A stretch of DNA of 63,832 nucleotides from Eledone cirrhosa. Taxonomy: Eukaryota. The translations under genes were made by a program, and so were the position numbers. The stretch covers positions 29,140,169-29,204,000 of the forward strand of contig OZ024749.1 of assembly GCA_964016885.1 (NCBI GenBank). The letters are read 5' to 3'. The notes under the pieces are model-generated. The model saw nothing but the letters and a program-made list of their open reading frames with translations, was not told the origin of the DNA and made no database searches. This document shows positions 33,399-46,366 of this stretch, piece after piece (positions within the stretch are counted from its first letter, which is position 1; each line of letters starts with the position of its first letter).

Positions 33399-34221
33399 GT
33401 GTGTATGTGAGTGTACTGGATCTAATGGATTATAATTAAGAGATCAAATGAACGGCCCCTGGCCCCTGGATATATAATATATGATAAAGATGAAATAGAA
33501 CACAACAGAGTTGAGTCCAGTAAAGTAAAATGGAGTGGAGTCCAGTAAAGTGGAGTGAAGTTGAGTGGGAGTGGAGTCCAGTAAAGTAGAGTGTAGTGTA
33601 GCATAGTGTAATGGGGTATAATGGGGTGTAATGGGGTTTAGTGGAGTGGAGTGCAGTAATATTTTCTAAAGTATTTGCCGAACTAATAAGTTTCGTCCAT
33701 TAATCTTGAAATGGTTGTTATATTGAATCTAATCATTGTTTAGCTAATTAATATTTTACCTGTCTATTAGTCAGCTTCAGTCGTGATTTACCTGGCTGCC
33801 ATCAAGCTAAAGACCACCTCTCATACCATTTACAAAAGACACAGTAACATTCTTTCTTTCTTTACTTCTCCTCTATTCTATTCTATTTTTTTTTAGCATT
33901 TTTTTTCTTTCATGTGTTTTTTTTTATTATTTTTTCGTTCCGTTTCGTTCCAGCTTTTTTAGCCAATCAATTAATTATACAAATGTTGTTAGGTGTGATT
34001 TTTAGATATTTTATATTTTCAGGTAATAATGACAATGAGGTGTCTATTGTTAGCTTATTGATATTTACTGTATAAATAAATGTATAAATACTTTAACAAC
34101 CACACTTCCCAAACAACAACAGCTAATAACGGCCTCACACTACACCAATCCCAGCACCACGTATATATATATATATATAAATACACATATATCTATATAT
34201 GTCTATATATATATATATATG

Positions 34222-34389
<168 letters not shown>

Positions 34390-34401
34390 GGTGCTACAGT
34401 C

Positions 34402-34481
<80 letters not shown>

Positions 34482-34877
34482 GACTGTAGCACCTATATGT
34501 TTATATATACCTACCTCTCTGTGTGTGTTTGTCTGTCTCTCTCTCTGTCTGTCTACATGTGTATGTATGTGTCTGTATCTGTCTATATGTCTGTGTGTGT
34601 GACTGTTTATATGTGTGCGTATGTCTGTCAATGTGTGTATGTGTCATTATGTGTGTGTATGTGTGTATGTCTCTAATGTGATGATTGTTCATTATTAGTA
34701 GTCCACTACAATACAGAACTAACAAAAGACAGAAAGGACATTCAGCGATGTTTCATCTATATTTCAACAACATATCCAACAATAAACACCCTTTTACTCT
34801 CCACATTTACCTCTCCCTCCTCCATTTCTCCACTCCTCTACTTCTCTACTTCTCCACTTTTACTTTTATTTGTTTAG

Positions 34878-34963
<86 letters not shown>

Positions 34964-35059
34964 ATGTATATATCAATTGTATTGTTTTTATTGTATTTAC
35001 TCTAGAAAATTGTTACTTTATTTTCCTCAATTATTTAAAATTAATGAGATTGCTAAATC

Positions 35060-36045
35060 TCTGAAACGTCACTGTAACGTCATTGTAACGTTGCGATCTT
35101 TGAAACGTTACTGTAACGCCAGTATAACGTCTCTGTAACAACACTCTAATGTTAGGACACTGTAACGTTACGATCTTTGAAACGTTAATGTAACGTCAGT
35201 CTAACGTTTCTGATACGACACTCTAATGTTCGGATCACTGTAACGTCACTGTAACGTTATTATCTGTGAAATGTTACGGTAATGTCCTTCTAACGTCACT
35301 CGAAAATTAAGACCTTTGTAACATTAATCTAAGTTACTGTAACGTTATCATATCTGAAACGTTACTGTAACGCCAGTCTAACGTAAATGTAATGACACTG
35401 TAACGTTAGCTTCTCTGAAAAGTTACTGTAACGTCAGTCTAACGTAACTGTAACGTCACTGTAACGTTATCATCTCTTAAATGTCACTCTAACCTCTTTC
35501 TAAATTCACTCTAACGTCACTGTAACGTTATCATCTCTTAAACGTTACTGTAACGTCAGTAACGTCAGTCTAATGAAACTGTAACGTCACTGTAACGTTA
35601 GCATCTCTTAAATGTCACTGTAACGCCCTTCTAAAGTCACTCGAACGTCACTGTAACGTTATCATCTCTTAAACGTTACTGTAACGTCAGTAACGTCAGT
35701 CTAACGTAACTGTAACGTAACTGTAACGTTAGCATCTCTTAAACGTCACTGTAACGTCCTTCTAAAGTCACTCTAAAGTCACTGTAAAGTCACTGTAATG
35801 TTATCATCTCTTAAACGTTACTGTAACGTCAGACTAACGTAACTGTAACGTCACTCTAACGTTAGTGTCACTGAAACGTCACTGTAAGGTTGGGACCTCT
35901 GTAACGTCACTCTAACATTAAGACATCTGAAACGTCACTGTAATGTTAGGATCTCTGTAACGTCACTCTAACCTTAGGGTATCTAAATGTCACTCTAAAG
36001 TCACTGTAACGTTAGGGTCTCTGAAACGTCACTGTAACGTTAGGA
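35060..36045. repeat. ~1-kb satellite built from a ~10-bp unit (GTAACGTCACT / GTAACGTTA)
   Basis: Dozens of CTGTAACGT variants with higher-order repetition. Confidence 0.9.
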
Positions 36046-36089
36046 AAGGACGGAAAGTGCCGCCTTTTGGACTTTACTGACCACTGACC

Positions 36090-36286
36090 ATTTGTTATAC
36101 ACTCATCACTGACCTTCGCAGTGCTATACACCCATCATTGACTTATCATGTGTTATACACCCATCACTGACTGACCATGTGTTATACACCCATCACTGAC
36201 TTACTTACTATACATTATACATCCATCATTGACTTACAATAAGTTATACACCCATCACTGACTTACCATATGTTATACACCCATTG
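36090..36286. repeat. ~30-bp minisatellite (GTTATACACCCATCACTGAC...)
   Basis: About seven tandem units. Confidence 0.85.
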
Positions 36287-36298
36287 CTGTAGATGATT

Positions 36299-37378
36299 TG
36301 GATTGGCAGTATCGGTAGAGGGTCGGACACCATGCTTTGCAGCAAAGAGTTATGGCCCTTTAGGATCTGAGTTCAAATCCCGCCGAGGTTAACTTTGCCT
36401 TTCATCCTTACAGGGCCGATAAAATAAAGTACCAGTAATACACTGGGATAATTGCTGGCCTTGTGCCAAAAGTAGAAACAATTATATTATATTATATCAT
36501 ATTATATCATATTAGATTGGCAGAATCGGTAGAGCGTCAGACACCATGCTTTCTAGCACAGTTACGTCCCTTTACAGTCTGAGTTCAAATCCCGCCGAGG
36601 TTAACTTTGCCTTTCATCCTTACGGGGTCGATAAAATAAAGTACCAGTAATGTACTGGGTAATTGCTGGCCTTGTGCCAAAAGTAGAAACAATTATATTA
36701 TGTTGTATTATACTATATTATATTTTATATTTATTATATCATGTATTATATTATATTATATTATATTATATTATATTATATTATATTATATTATATTATA
36801 TTATATTATATCATATCATATCATATCATATCATATCATATCATATCATATCATATCATATCATATCATATCATATCATATCATATCATATCATATCATA
36901 TCATATCATATCATATCATATCATATCATATCATATTATATTACATTACATTATCGGTGGATTGGCAGTATCGGTAGAGGGTCGGACGCCATGCTTTCCA
37001 GCATAGTTACGTCCCTTTACGATCTGAGTTCAAATCCCGCCGAGGTTGACTTTGCCTTTCATCCTTACGGACTCGATAAAATAAAGTACCAGTAATGCAC
37101 TGGGTAATTGTGGCCTTGTGCCTAAAGTAGAAACAATTATGTTATATTACTTTATATTATATTATATCATATCATATTATATTATATTATATTATATCAT
37201 ATTTGTTTCTACTTTAGGCTCAAGGCCAGCAATTACCCAGTTCATTACTGGTACTTTATTTTATCGACCCCGTAAGTATGAAAGGCAAAGTCAACCTCGG
37301 CGGGATTTGAACTCAGATCGTAAAGGGACGTAACTATGCTGGAAAGCATGGCGTCCGACCTCTACCGATACTGCCAAT
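36299..37378. mobile_element. Cluster of four full-length OK-like SINEs: 36299-36483 (+), 36514-36696 (+), 36957-37140 (+), 37202-37378 (-)
   Basis: Each has A box TGGCAG(T/A)ATCGG, B box GAGTTCAAATCC, core and tail. Separated by (ATATT)n/(ATATC)n. Confidence 0.9.
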
Positions 37379-37878
37379 ATTATATTATTCTACATAGAGT
37401 TTTCACTGCGAGACATTCCCTTCAGATTGCAACAATTTCGGCTCCTTTCGACAATACCACATCTTCAAGTGGTTTGGTCAAGAAGAATTGATGCTCCGTA
37501 TGTCTGGATTATAACGATTCACTCTGTTACACAATTTTCCTTCATTATCCTTGCCGCCATCATTAAAATCGAGATTGCTGTTAACTACTTCCATAATTCT
37601 GGAAATATTATGTTGACCCTCTTACCGAGGAAATCCAATATATTTATTAGCAACACACCCAACCCTGCACCCCTAGAAAATAAAAATAGTGGGGGCTGTG
37701 GAGAGCTGTGACAATATTAAATATAAACGATAAAACGTAATTAATAATCCAACGATCCAGTATAGCTGTAGCAACACTGCAAGCTATAAATGTTTAGTGA
37801 AAATTGAGGTTTATCAAGAAATACAATTGGTTCAGTTGAATGATAAATTAATATATAAAATTAATATGTTGATATATT

Positions 37879-37963
<85 letters not shown>

Positions 37964-38003
37964 ACATATATGTATATTTTATATTTCATATATAATATAT
38001 ATA

Positions 38004-38076
<73 letters not shown>

Positions 38077-38371
38077 GTGTGTGTGTATAAATATATTTAT
38101 ATATATGTATATATTTATATACATATATATAAATATATATATATATATTATGTATTTTATATATTATATATATACATGTATATGTATATATATATATATA
38201 CATATATGAATGTGCATATATATATGTATATTTAAGTATATATATATATACATATATATGTGTATATATATTTATATATATTTATATATATTATATATAT
38301 ATACACATACATATATACATACATACGTACGTACATACATACATACATACATACATACATACATACATACA

Positions 38372-38405
<34 letters not shown>

Positions 38406-38915
38406 AAAAATATCAGATACTGGAAAGTAATTCAAAAATGGAAGGCTTAGGGATATGATACTCACTCTGAACACTAATTTCAATAATTTTTGAGAAATTA
38501 AAAATTCAAAAACAGAACGAAACGAAACAAAACGAATTTAAACGAAACGAAATTAAATGAAATACTTATATGTTTAATTAATGTTGCAAATATTTATAGA
38601 AAACTATCACTGTTGGCTGATAACCTATTGTATGTTTTATTGTGTAACTTATTTAGTAAGTAATGTGAAGTGATGGTGGTGGTGGCATTGGTGGTAGTTG
38701 TGGTGATGGTGGTGGTGATGGTGGTGGTGGTGTTGGTGGTAGTATGGTGCTAGTAGTGGTGGTGGTGGTAGTAGTACTGGTGGTGATGGTGATAGTGATA
38801 GTGGTGGTGGTGGTGGTAGCAGTTGTGGTGGTGTGGTATCGGCTTTAATCCTGTAAAAAATGTTCAACAAATAACGTACATATATGCATACACACGCACA
38901 CACACACACACACAC

Positions 38916-39035
38916 ATGGCACCTTCAAAATTTGCAAAACATTCTTGCGATTCAAGGGATGACAATTTTTTTCTTTTAAAACCTTGCCACCAGGAAGGTG
39001 GCCGGTCAAAAATGTACTCGAAATTAAGAGAGAGA
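38916..39035 (+). mobile_element. R4/Dong-like LINE extreme 3' end (same family as 13693-14216)
   Basis: GTFKICKTFLRFKG* and a near-identical 3' UTR, followed by (CATA)n. Confidence 0.85.
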
Positions 39036-39631
39036 CATACATACATAATACATACATACATTTATACATACATTCATAGGTACACACATTCATACATACA
39101 TGCATACATACATACATGCATACATACATACATACATACATACATACATACATACAAACATTCATTCATACGTACATACATACATACATACATTCATACA
39201 TACATGCATACATACATACATATATACATACATACATACATACATACATACATACATACATACATACATACATACGTACATACATTCATACGTACATACA
39301 TACATTCATACATACATACATACATACATACATTCATACATACATACGTACATACATTCATACATACATACATGCGTACGTACATACAAACATACATACA
39401 TAATATAAATACATATACATATTTGTGTGTGTGTGTGTGCATGTGTGTATAATATTACTGGTAATGGCTGAAAAAGAGAACTCAATATCTAAGTAGATGT
39501 TTACTTTTATTTAAGGTATAGAAGGTACAATGTCTCACAGTTACTGCTCCGTTTCGTCGGACTGTATATATATGAATATATATACATATATAAATATAAA
39601 TTTACATACACACAGACACACACACACACAC

Positions 39632-39755
<124 letters not shown>

Positions 39756-39834
39756 GTATATATGGAAGAATTTGTAGTTTACTTGAAGCATTGTATATGG
39801 TATAAAGAATTCAAAGTTTTAACTTCCAATTGTT

Positions 39835-39862
<28 letters not shown>

Positions 39863-39865
<3 letters not shown>

Positions 39866-40218
39866 GAAATTATTGTGTACAGTGCTCAGGTGCACTACAA
39901 CTCATCAAAGGTGCATGTATAGTACATAGAATAATGTACAAATGTCAGGAAAATGAACAGTGTACGAGTCATGATATAATAATAATAACAATAATGAAAT
40001 ATTGTGTACAGTGCCCAGGTGCACCACAACTTATCAAAAAAGTGCATGTACAGTACATAGGGCAATCCTCAAACATCAGTAAAATGAACAGTGCACGAGT
40101 CATGATACACACATGTGTGCATGTGTATGGAAGGGGTACATCAGGTGTAGTTTTGGCGTATTTCGGGAAGCATGAGTGTCTTAAAGGATACAGTGTCTCG
40201 GCAGCTAACAATTGACGC
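39863..40218 (-). mobile_element. Two tandem CR1-like LINE 3' ends
   Basis: Homologous to 5788-6000. The second encodes ASIVSCRDTVSFKTLMLPEIRQNYT*. Each has an ATT-repeat tail. Confidence 0.65.
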
Positions 40219-40474
40219 AAACAACAAATTGGCGAAAATCAAGTCAAATTATATATACTTCGTTAAGATAATTCTATCTTGAAACTGGTACTAGTTGTCA
40301 GGGAACAGTCAAAGTAGTTGTAATAATGAATATTGTAATCCATCTGACATGTGTTTAAAGGGCAGTTTTGGGTGAAAATATCATATTTTGTTTGGTCAAG
40401 ACGTGGTCAAGACGTAGTCAAGCGACCTTCCTTGTCGCCATTTTTTTTTTTATATCTTGGTTATATATATATAT

Positions 40475-40829
40475 AACGAAGGAGGTGTGGTAAGGAACCA
40501 GATAGACAATAACGCACCAGAGTACTCAATACTTAGGGTAGTAGAGTGGGTTATAGGAAAACGTTGGACCCCGACGGCAGAGCTCAAGCCATTTCGACGG
40601 CTAATTCTGGACTAAATTAGAATTTTTAGCGTGGTAAATAAAAAAAAAAAATTTTTTTTATTTTATTTACCACGCTAAAAATTCTAATTTAGTCCAGAAA
40701 TAGCCGTCGAAACGGCTTGAGCTCTGCCGTCCGGGTCAAACATTTTCCTATAACCCACTCTACTACCCTGAGTATTGAGTACTCTGGTGCGTTATTGTCT
40801 ATCTGGTTCCTTACCACATCTCCTTCGTT
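40475..40829. mobile_element. ~355-bp near-perfect palindrome of family A pLTR ends
   Basis: AACGAAGGAG...GTGGTAAATAAAA / TTTTATTTACCAC...CTCCTTCGTT, flanked by (TA)n. Confidence 0.85.
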
Positions 40830-40977
40830 ATATATATATATATATATATATAAACAATTGGAAGTTAAAACTTTGAATTCTTTACACCATATACAATGCT
40901 TCAAGTAAACTACAAATTCTTCCATATATACATATGTGTGTGTGTGTGTGCGCTCTGCCGTCGGGATCAAACTTTTT

Positions 40978-41026
<49 letters not shown>

Positions 41027-41029
<3 letters not shown>

Positions 41030-41125
41030 GGTCATACTTTTTCCTATTTCCCACTCTACTACCCTAAATATTGAGTACTCTGGTGCGTTATGGTCCATCT
41101 GGTTCCTTACCACAATTCCTTTGTT
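41027..41125 (+). mobile_element. Family A tail fragment
   Basis: GGGGTCATACTTTTTCCTA...TTGAGTACTCTGGTGCG...GGTTCCTTACCAC. Confidence 0.75.
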
Positions 41126-41219
41126 ATATATATCTATCTATATATACATACATACATATATACATATATATATATATACATAAGTTCAACGTAATCCTGT
41201 TACATAATTCTGCAAATAA

Positions 41220-41263
41220 CACCTGATGAAATCACCTTATCTAGCATCGAGATATGTATAGTG
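41220..41263 (+). ncRNA. Decayed minimal HHR
   Basis: CAC-CTGATGA...GAGA-T ATGT A-TA-GTG; GAAA has mutated to GAGA. Confidence 0.4.
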
Positions 41264-41368
41264 CTTTCGCGGAATTAAAATTCTCAAGTTGATTTTCCAG
41301 TCCGGCTTGCTGTTGTTGTCTTAATGTATGTATGTATATATATATTTATTTGTATATATATTTATATG

Positions 41369-41457
<89 letters not shown>

Positions 41458-41593
41458 GTATATATGTAAATATGATTCCAGTTCCTCAGAGGAATAACAA
41501 CACAACCAGGAGCTGGACATATCGATGTATGGACGGAGTAAAACACACTTCAACAACATGTGTCCCTGTCTTTTCCACACCAATTCGGAGTTC

Positions 41594-41638
41594 CTGAAGA
41601 GGTCACAGCCAATGATGGCTGTCACCAAAATATATATA
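41594..41638 (+). ncRNA. Decayed minimal HHR
   Basis: CTGAAGA-GGTCACAGCC aatgat GGCTGTCACC-AAAA-TATATATA; G12 replaced by A. Confidence 0.5.
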
Positions 41639-41881
41639 GCAGTATATCTATCATTTATAATAAACGAAGCCAAATTTTACATATTTGACTTAATTATTTC
41701 ACATTACTCCGGAGTAAACAAATCAACCTGCATACTGAGGTGTGGGTAAACAACCAACATATACTCAAAATATATATGTATATATATATTTTGCAAGAGA
41801 TGTCAACATGAATGGACATGAAGACATTTTTTTCCAATTCCATCCCACCCGTCCCCTCAATCTATCTTATGTCTGACTCTT

Positions 41882-41917
41882 TCTTCTGATGAAGGAGTAG
41901 CTTCCGAAACGTTAAGA
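41882..41917 (+). ncRNA. Minimal hammerhead ribozyme (family B)
   Basis: TCTT-CTGATGA-A-GGAG tagc TTCC-GAAA-CGTT-AAGA. Confidence 0.8.
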
Positions 41918-41948
41918 CGCTCTTCCTGGTTCCTTACCACACTTTCTT

Positions 41949-42009
<61 letters not shown>

Positions 42010-42742
42010 GGTAGTTGGTTTAAATCAGTCCTAGATTTTAACACCAACATATGCTGCATCAACAATTCTATTGAGCAATATACTATACTACTTTAACAAT
42101 ACTACTATATTCAGTCTTAACAATACTAGCACACATGACAATATATTTAAACTAAGATAGCCCCAAAAGATTGTCAAATCACTCTACAGGAAGCTGCTAA
42201 TTGCTGTTTTATCACGCATTCCTATTTCATATTCATTTAAATACATTTCTATTTCTACTTCTTCACACTAATATTTTTTATTAATAAAGCATTTATGATA
42301 GAAATAGTGAGAAGCCAATAAATATAGCTATCTTAACTATAGTATTTGTCTTAATTAGTCTTCGTATTTATGCAATACTCAACCACTTTCACATTGATTG
42401 CACGACAGGTTGTCCTGTTAATTAAACAAATTGAACACTCCTCGTTGTAACCGACGAAGGTCCAACAAAACAAATCAAACAAAAAGAGAGAGAATATATT
42501 TACATACACAAAAAAAAAAATTAATAACAAATTTGTATTAAATTTTATTCAAATATACGGATACCTTATCTTGTAGAAGCCCAGAATTTTATAACGGAAA
42601 TACTCTAGAATTCTAATAATTTTAAATAATTTTAACAATATTTAAATATTTTTAGTGATTTAGTACTATAACTTTCTCATTATTTAGCTGGTGTTTGGAA
42701 CATAACTTAACAATGTTTTTTACATAAAATTATGATGAAAGC

Positions 42743-42862
42743 GAAGGCACGTGGTTTTGTGGTTAGAGAATTGGATTCGCAATCGTGAGGCTGCATGTTC
42801 GATTCCCGGACCGGGCGATGCATTATGTCCTTGAACAAGACACTTTATTTCTCGTTGCTCTT
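42743..42862 (+). mobile_element. tRNA-derived CORE-type SINE (OR-like)
   Basis: A box GTGGTTTTGTGG, B box GTTCGATTCC and CORE-like TGTCCTTGAACAAGACACTTTA. A related head fragment lies at about 44652-44722. Confidence 0.7.
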
Positions 42863-43636
42863 TCTGCCATGTATGTGCCCAGTAGATGGTATCAGCAATA
42901 GAAAACACACATTATCTTAAGGAAGTCCAACATTGTTTTCTTGGTCCGATTCGAAGAGTTCCAGCCCACTCGGTAAACAAATGAGGTCTGGGATCTTGTC
43001 GATCGATTGAAAAACAAAACAAAAAGAAAGCAGGTTTTTTTTTTTTTGTATTGTAGAACCAGAGACGGTTTCGGGGTGGGGGTATCAAAAGGGTTAAACA
43101 CTATTCTTTTTTATTAACTTTTTCCGTTCATAAATGAAAGACGTTGTCACAGTTATTGTTATCTTAATAAAGTAGTTTGGTCATTCGGTCCATATATGTT
43201 AACTCTATTAATCTGTTGAAGTATCTTTCACCTAAACATTATATACACTCTACTCAAGTCACACGCGTGACACAAGTCACACAGTAAATTATTTGCACTC
43301 AACACGATACTTAAATCAACAGTGTGTTGTGTCTCTCTTTTTTTTTTCCTGTTCGTCTTTTATAAATTAATTTTTTATCATAATTTAATGGATACTTACA
43401 GTCTATGAATTCGGATCGGGCTTTTTCATTATGGCTCCGTAGATAACAGCAGTGAAGAGCCAAACATAATCAAACGAACAGAAATCTTTTAAACGTCCAC
43501 TGCAATAATGGACGGACAATGCATTGCTAACTGTCATTAAGTAAAATCAATAAGGCCGCCATTTTTAGCGAGGAAGCCTCACAAAATCTTCCATTGTGAA
43601 TTTATGTAAGAACCCTTTTCTTTCCTTTTTTTTTAT

Positions 43637-43880
43637 TTAAGCTTTCGTTACCACATTTCTATTGAAAGAGATGCTGTCTGTGATTTTCAAATAATCTTTT
43701 GAAAATAATCAAGAATTTATAGGAATTTAGCAAATTCACTAACTTCTTTCGTTATTAAGTTAGTGTTTGGGATATAACTTAACAAGGATTGTTACATAGA
43801 ATTATTTATAATAAATATAAACACTTTGAGATAAATAGTTTTATATTGTAGAACCAGGACCGTTTCTGGCGGTTTGTTAT
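43637..43880 (+). mobile_element. Dispersed repeat, possibly a piggyBac-like MITE (related pieces at about 30940-31110 and 42630-43097)
   Basis: Shared AACTTT.TC.TTATTAAG.T.GTG.TTGG.A.ATAACTTAACAA block. Starts after TTAA; the 42630 copy ends AAAGGGTTAA. Confidence 0.4.
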
Positions 43881-44019
43881 TCCAGTAACCCGCGTAATAA
43901 TGATAAAGTTGATTATTTTACCAATAATTCTCACGAAATTCCGCAATATTTCCAAAGTTTAATTGACACACAAGCAGTGTATTCATTATGAAGGTGCATA
44001 GATTGGTAGCATCGGTAGA

Positions 44020-44113
44020 GCGTCGGACAACATATTTTGCGGCATATAGTTACGTCGCTTTACGTTCTGAATTCAATTCCCACCTGGGTTAACTTTGCCT
44101 TTCAGCCTTACGG
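44020..44113 (+). mobile_element. OK-like SINE 5' half
   Basis: A and B boxes plus the start of the core. Confidence 0.75.
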
Positions 44114-44302
44114 CAGGCCTTCCGGCGCTAAAGGGGCTTGGTGGCTTAAGCCCCTCTAATAATTTATTTCAATATACTTGTGCTTTGTATGTTACTACAC
44201 TGATTTTCTATTGACTTTAAATATGTTTGTATGGTCAGGTTTTTAATTTCTTTCTTAGTCTCGTATTGGTAATATAAAAAAAAAGCGTGAGCTAATAATA
44301 AT

Positions 44303-44486
44303 AATTGTTTCTACTTTTGGCACAAGACCAGCAATTATCCCAGTGCATTACTGGTACTTTATTTTATCGACCCCGTAAGGATAAAAGACAAAGTTAACAT
44401 CGGCGGGATTTGAACTCAGACCGTAAAGGGACGTAACTATGTTAGAAAGCATGGCGTCCGACCCTTTACCGATACTGCCAATTCAC
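44303..44486 (-). mobile_element. Full-length OK-like SINE
   Basis: Reverse complement of the consensus, with an ATT-repeat tail. Confidence 0.9.
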
Positions 44487-44880
44487 TGCCCTGATAGTAA
44501 TAATACACATGTACAGTATACGTACTCAAGCCACACACCACCTATCCAAAAACTGCAACGGAAGCTCTGTACGAGGTCAATTTAATCGATTGCCCCTCCC
44601 TCCCTCCCTCAAAATTATAAAGCCTTGTGTCTAAATCAGAAATTAATATGTAGGTGCATGGCCAAGTAATTAGAGCCACTGTCATAAGGCTGAGAGTTCG
44701 ATTCCTGGACCAGGAGATGCATTATTACGTTCTTTTTATGTTCCTTTCCGTTGCTACGGGATACAACTTTGTAGTTTGGCTGGAGTTCAACTAAACCTAC
44801 ATAGGGGTCAGCTGTAAACTTTTCTTTTTCATTTTAAGTATTCTTCCTTAACGAGGTGGCGGGGGTTATCAATAGGCAGT

Positions 44881-45026
44881 GGGTTGGCAGAGTCATTAGA
44901 ACGTCGGATAAAGGACTTTGTGATAGTCGTTCCGTCTCAATGCAATTTGAGTTAAAATCCTGCCAAGTTCAACTTTGCCTTTCATCCTTTCGAGGGTGGA
45001 TAAATACAGTATCAATCCAGTATTGG
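44881..45026 (+). mobile_element. Older diverged OK-like SINE
   Basis: TTGGCAGAGTC, GAGTTAAAATCC, AACTTTGCCTTTCATCC. Confidence 0.7.
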
Positions 45027-45094
45027 TCGATGATCATATGATTTTTCCCCTATATCTCTTTCTCCCCCATCTCTCTATCTCTATCCCCATCTCC

Positions 45095-45151
<57 letters not shown>

Positions 45152-45154
45152 ATT

Positions 45155-45186
<32 letters not shown>

Positions 45187-45245
45187 CTATATAATACATA
45201 TAGATAGATAGATAGATATATGTCTACACCACTACTCTCACTTCA

Positions 45246-45310
<65 letters not shown>

Positions 45311-45960
45311 CCACTACTACCACTATATATGTATATACCACTACTCTCTCTCTATAAGATATATACATAGATATATTTTTTTCTCTCCCTCTCTTTCTCC
45401 CCCTCTCTTCTCTCTCTCTCTCTTTCCCTCTCTCTCTCTCTCTCTCACTATCTCTCTTTCTCTCTCTCTCTTAACTAAATTGGCTGAGTTCAGACCTGGA
45501 GAAGGAATGACCAGGTTTAAGATACTGTATGTCACACTGACACCACATAAACTCCATCATTAGCATGGTTATACTTCATTAGAATATGGTAACGAAACGA
45601 AAAGGATTTAACGTCCACTGCAATAACTGACGAACAATTTCATTGCGAGATTGTCGTTAAATAAAATCGATAATGCCGCCATCTTTAGCGAGGTGAGCAA
45701 TCTTTAGTAAACGGCCATGTTTTTCAGGCAAATGAAGAATGGAACAGCGATGTCATTCAATAGAGAGCAAATATGTTCTGTGATCAATAAGAGTAAAGGA
45801 AGTGTAGCTACAACTTAACTAGCAGACGACATCTCGCATAACTTACAAACTTCCATCGTTTAATCCGCTTCTTCTTCTTCTTCTTCTTCTTCTTCTTCTT
45901 CTTCTTCTTCTTCTTCTTCTTCTTCTATATGTTATTATTGTTATTTATTATCATTATATT

Positions 45961-46094
45961 ATTCCCGCCACGATTAACTTTGCCTTTCATCCTTTAGGGG
46001 TCGATAAAATAAAGTACCAGTTGCGCACTGAGGTCGATTTAATCGACCCCCCCCCCCCCCCCAATTGCTGGCCTGGTGCCTATATTAGAAACCA

Positions 46095-46096
<2 letters not shown>
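45961..46096 (+). mobile_element. OK-like SINE 3' part with (ATT)n tail
   Basis: Core plus GCTGGCCTGGTGCCTATATTAGAAACC, followed by (ATT)n to 46156. Confidence 0.8.
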
Positions 46097-46156
<60 letters not shown>

Positions 46157-46366
46157 GGCGACCTACGTAGTAAATCATATCATCGTGATCTCCGCAAAGG
46201 TTTGTTGTTTCCGTTTGTTAAAAATTGCCATTTATGGAAAAATTTTATTGTTAACTATATATAAGCGCACATACATTGTTTTCCGAAAAGGACACCCAAA
46301 AAGATTGGGGCCTTGTGCCCAAAATTTAAGCTTTTATGATTATCAAAAAATTTCTTTTAAAAAATC

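Noticed and set aside
36299-36400. tRNA genes suggested by A and B boxes
   Set aside because: No cloverleaf, and each is followed by the SINE core and tail.
39524-39564. Minus-strand CCGACGA...GAGAC-ATT-GTA HHR-like string
   Set aside because: Two core mutations and weak stems; not supportable on its own.
46308-46330. GGCCTTGTGCCCAAAATT in the Tx1 5' UTR resembling the SINE tail
   Set aside because: Too short and at the wrong end of the LINE to indicate a partnership.
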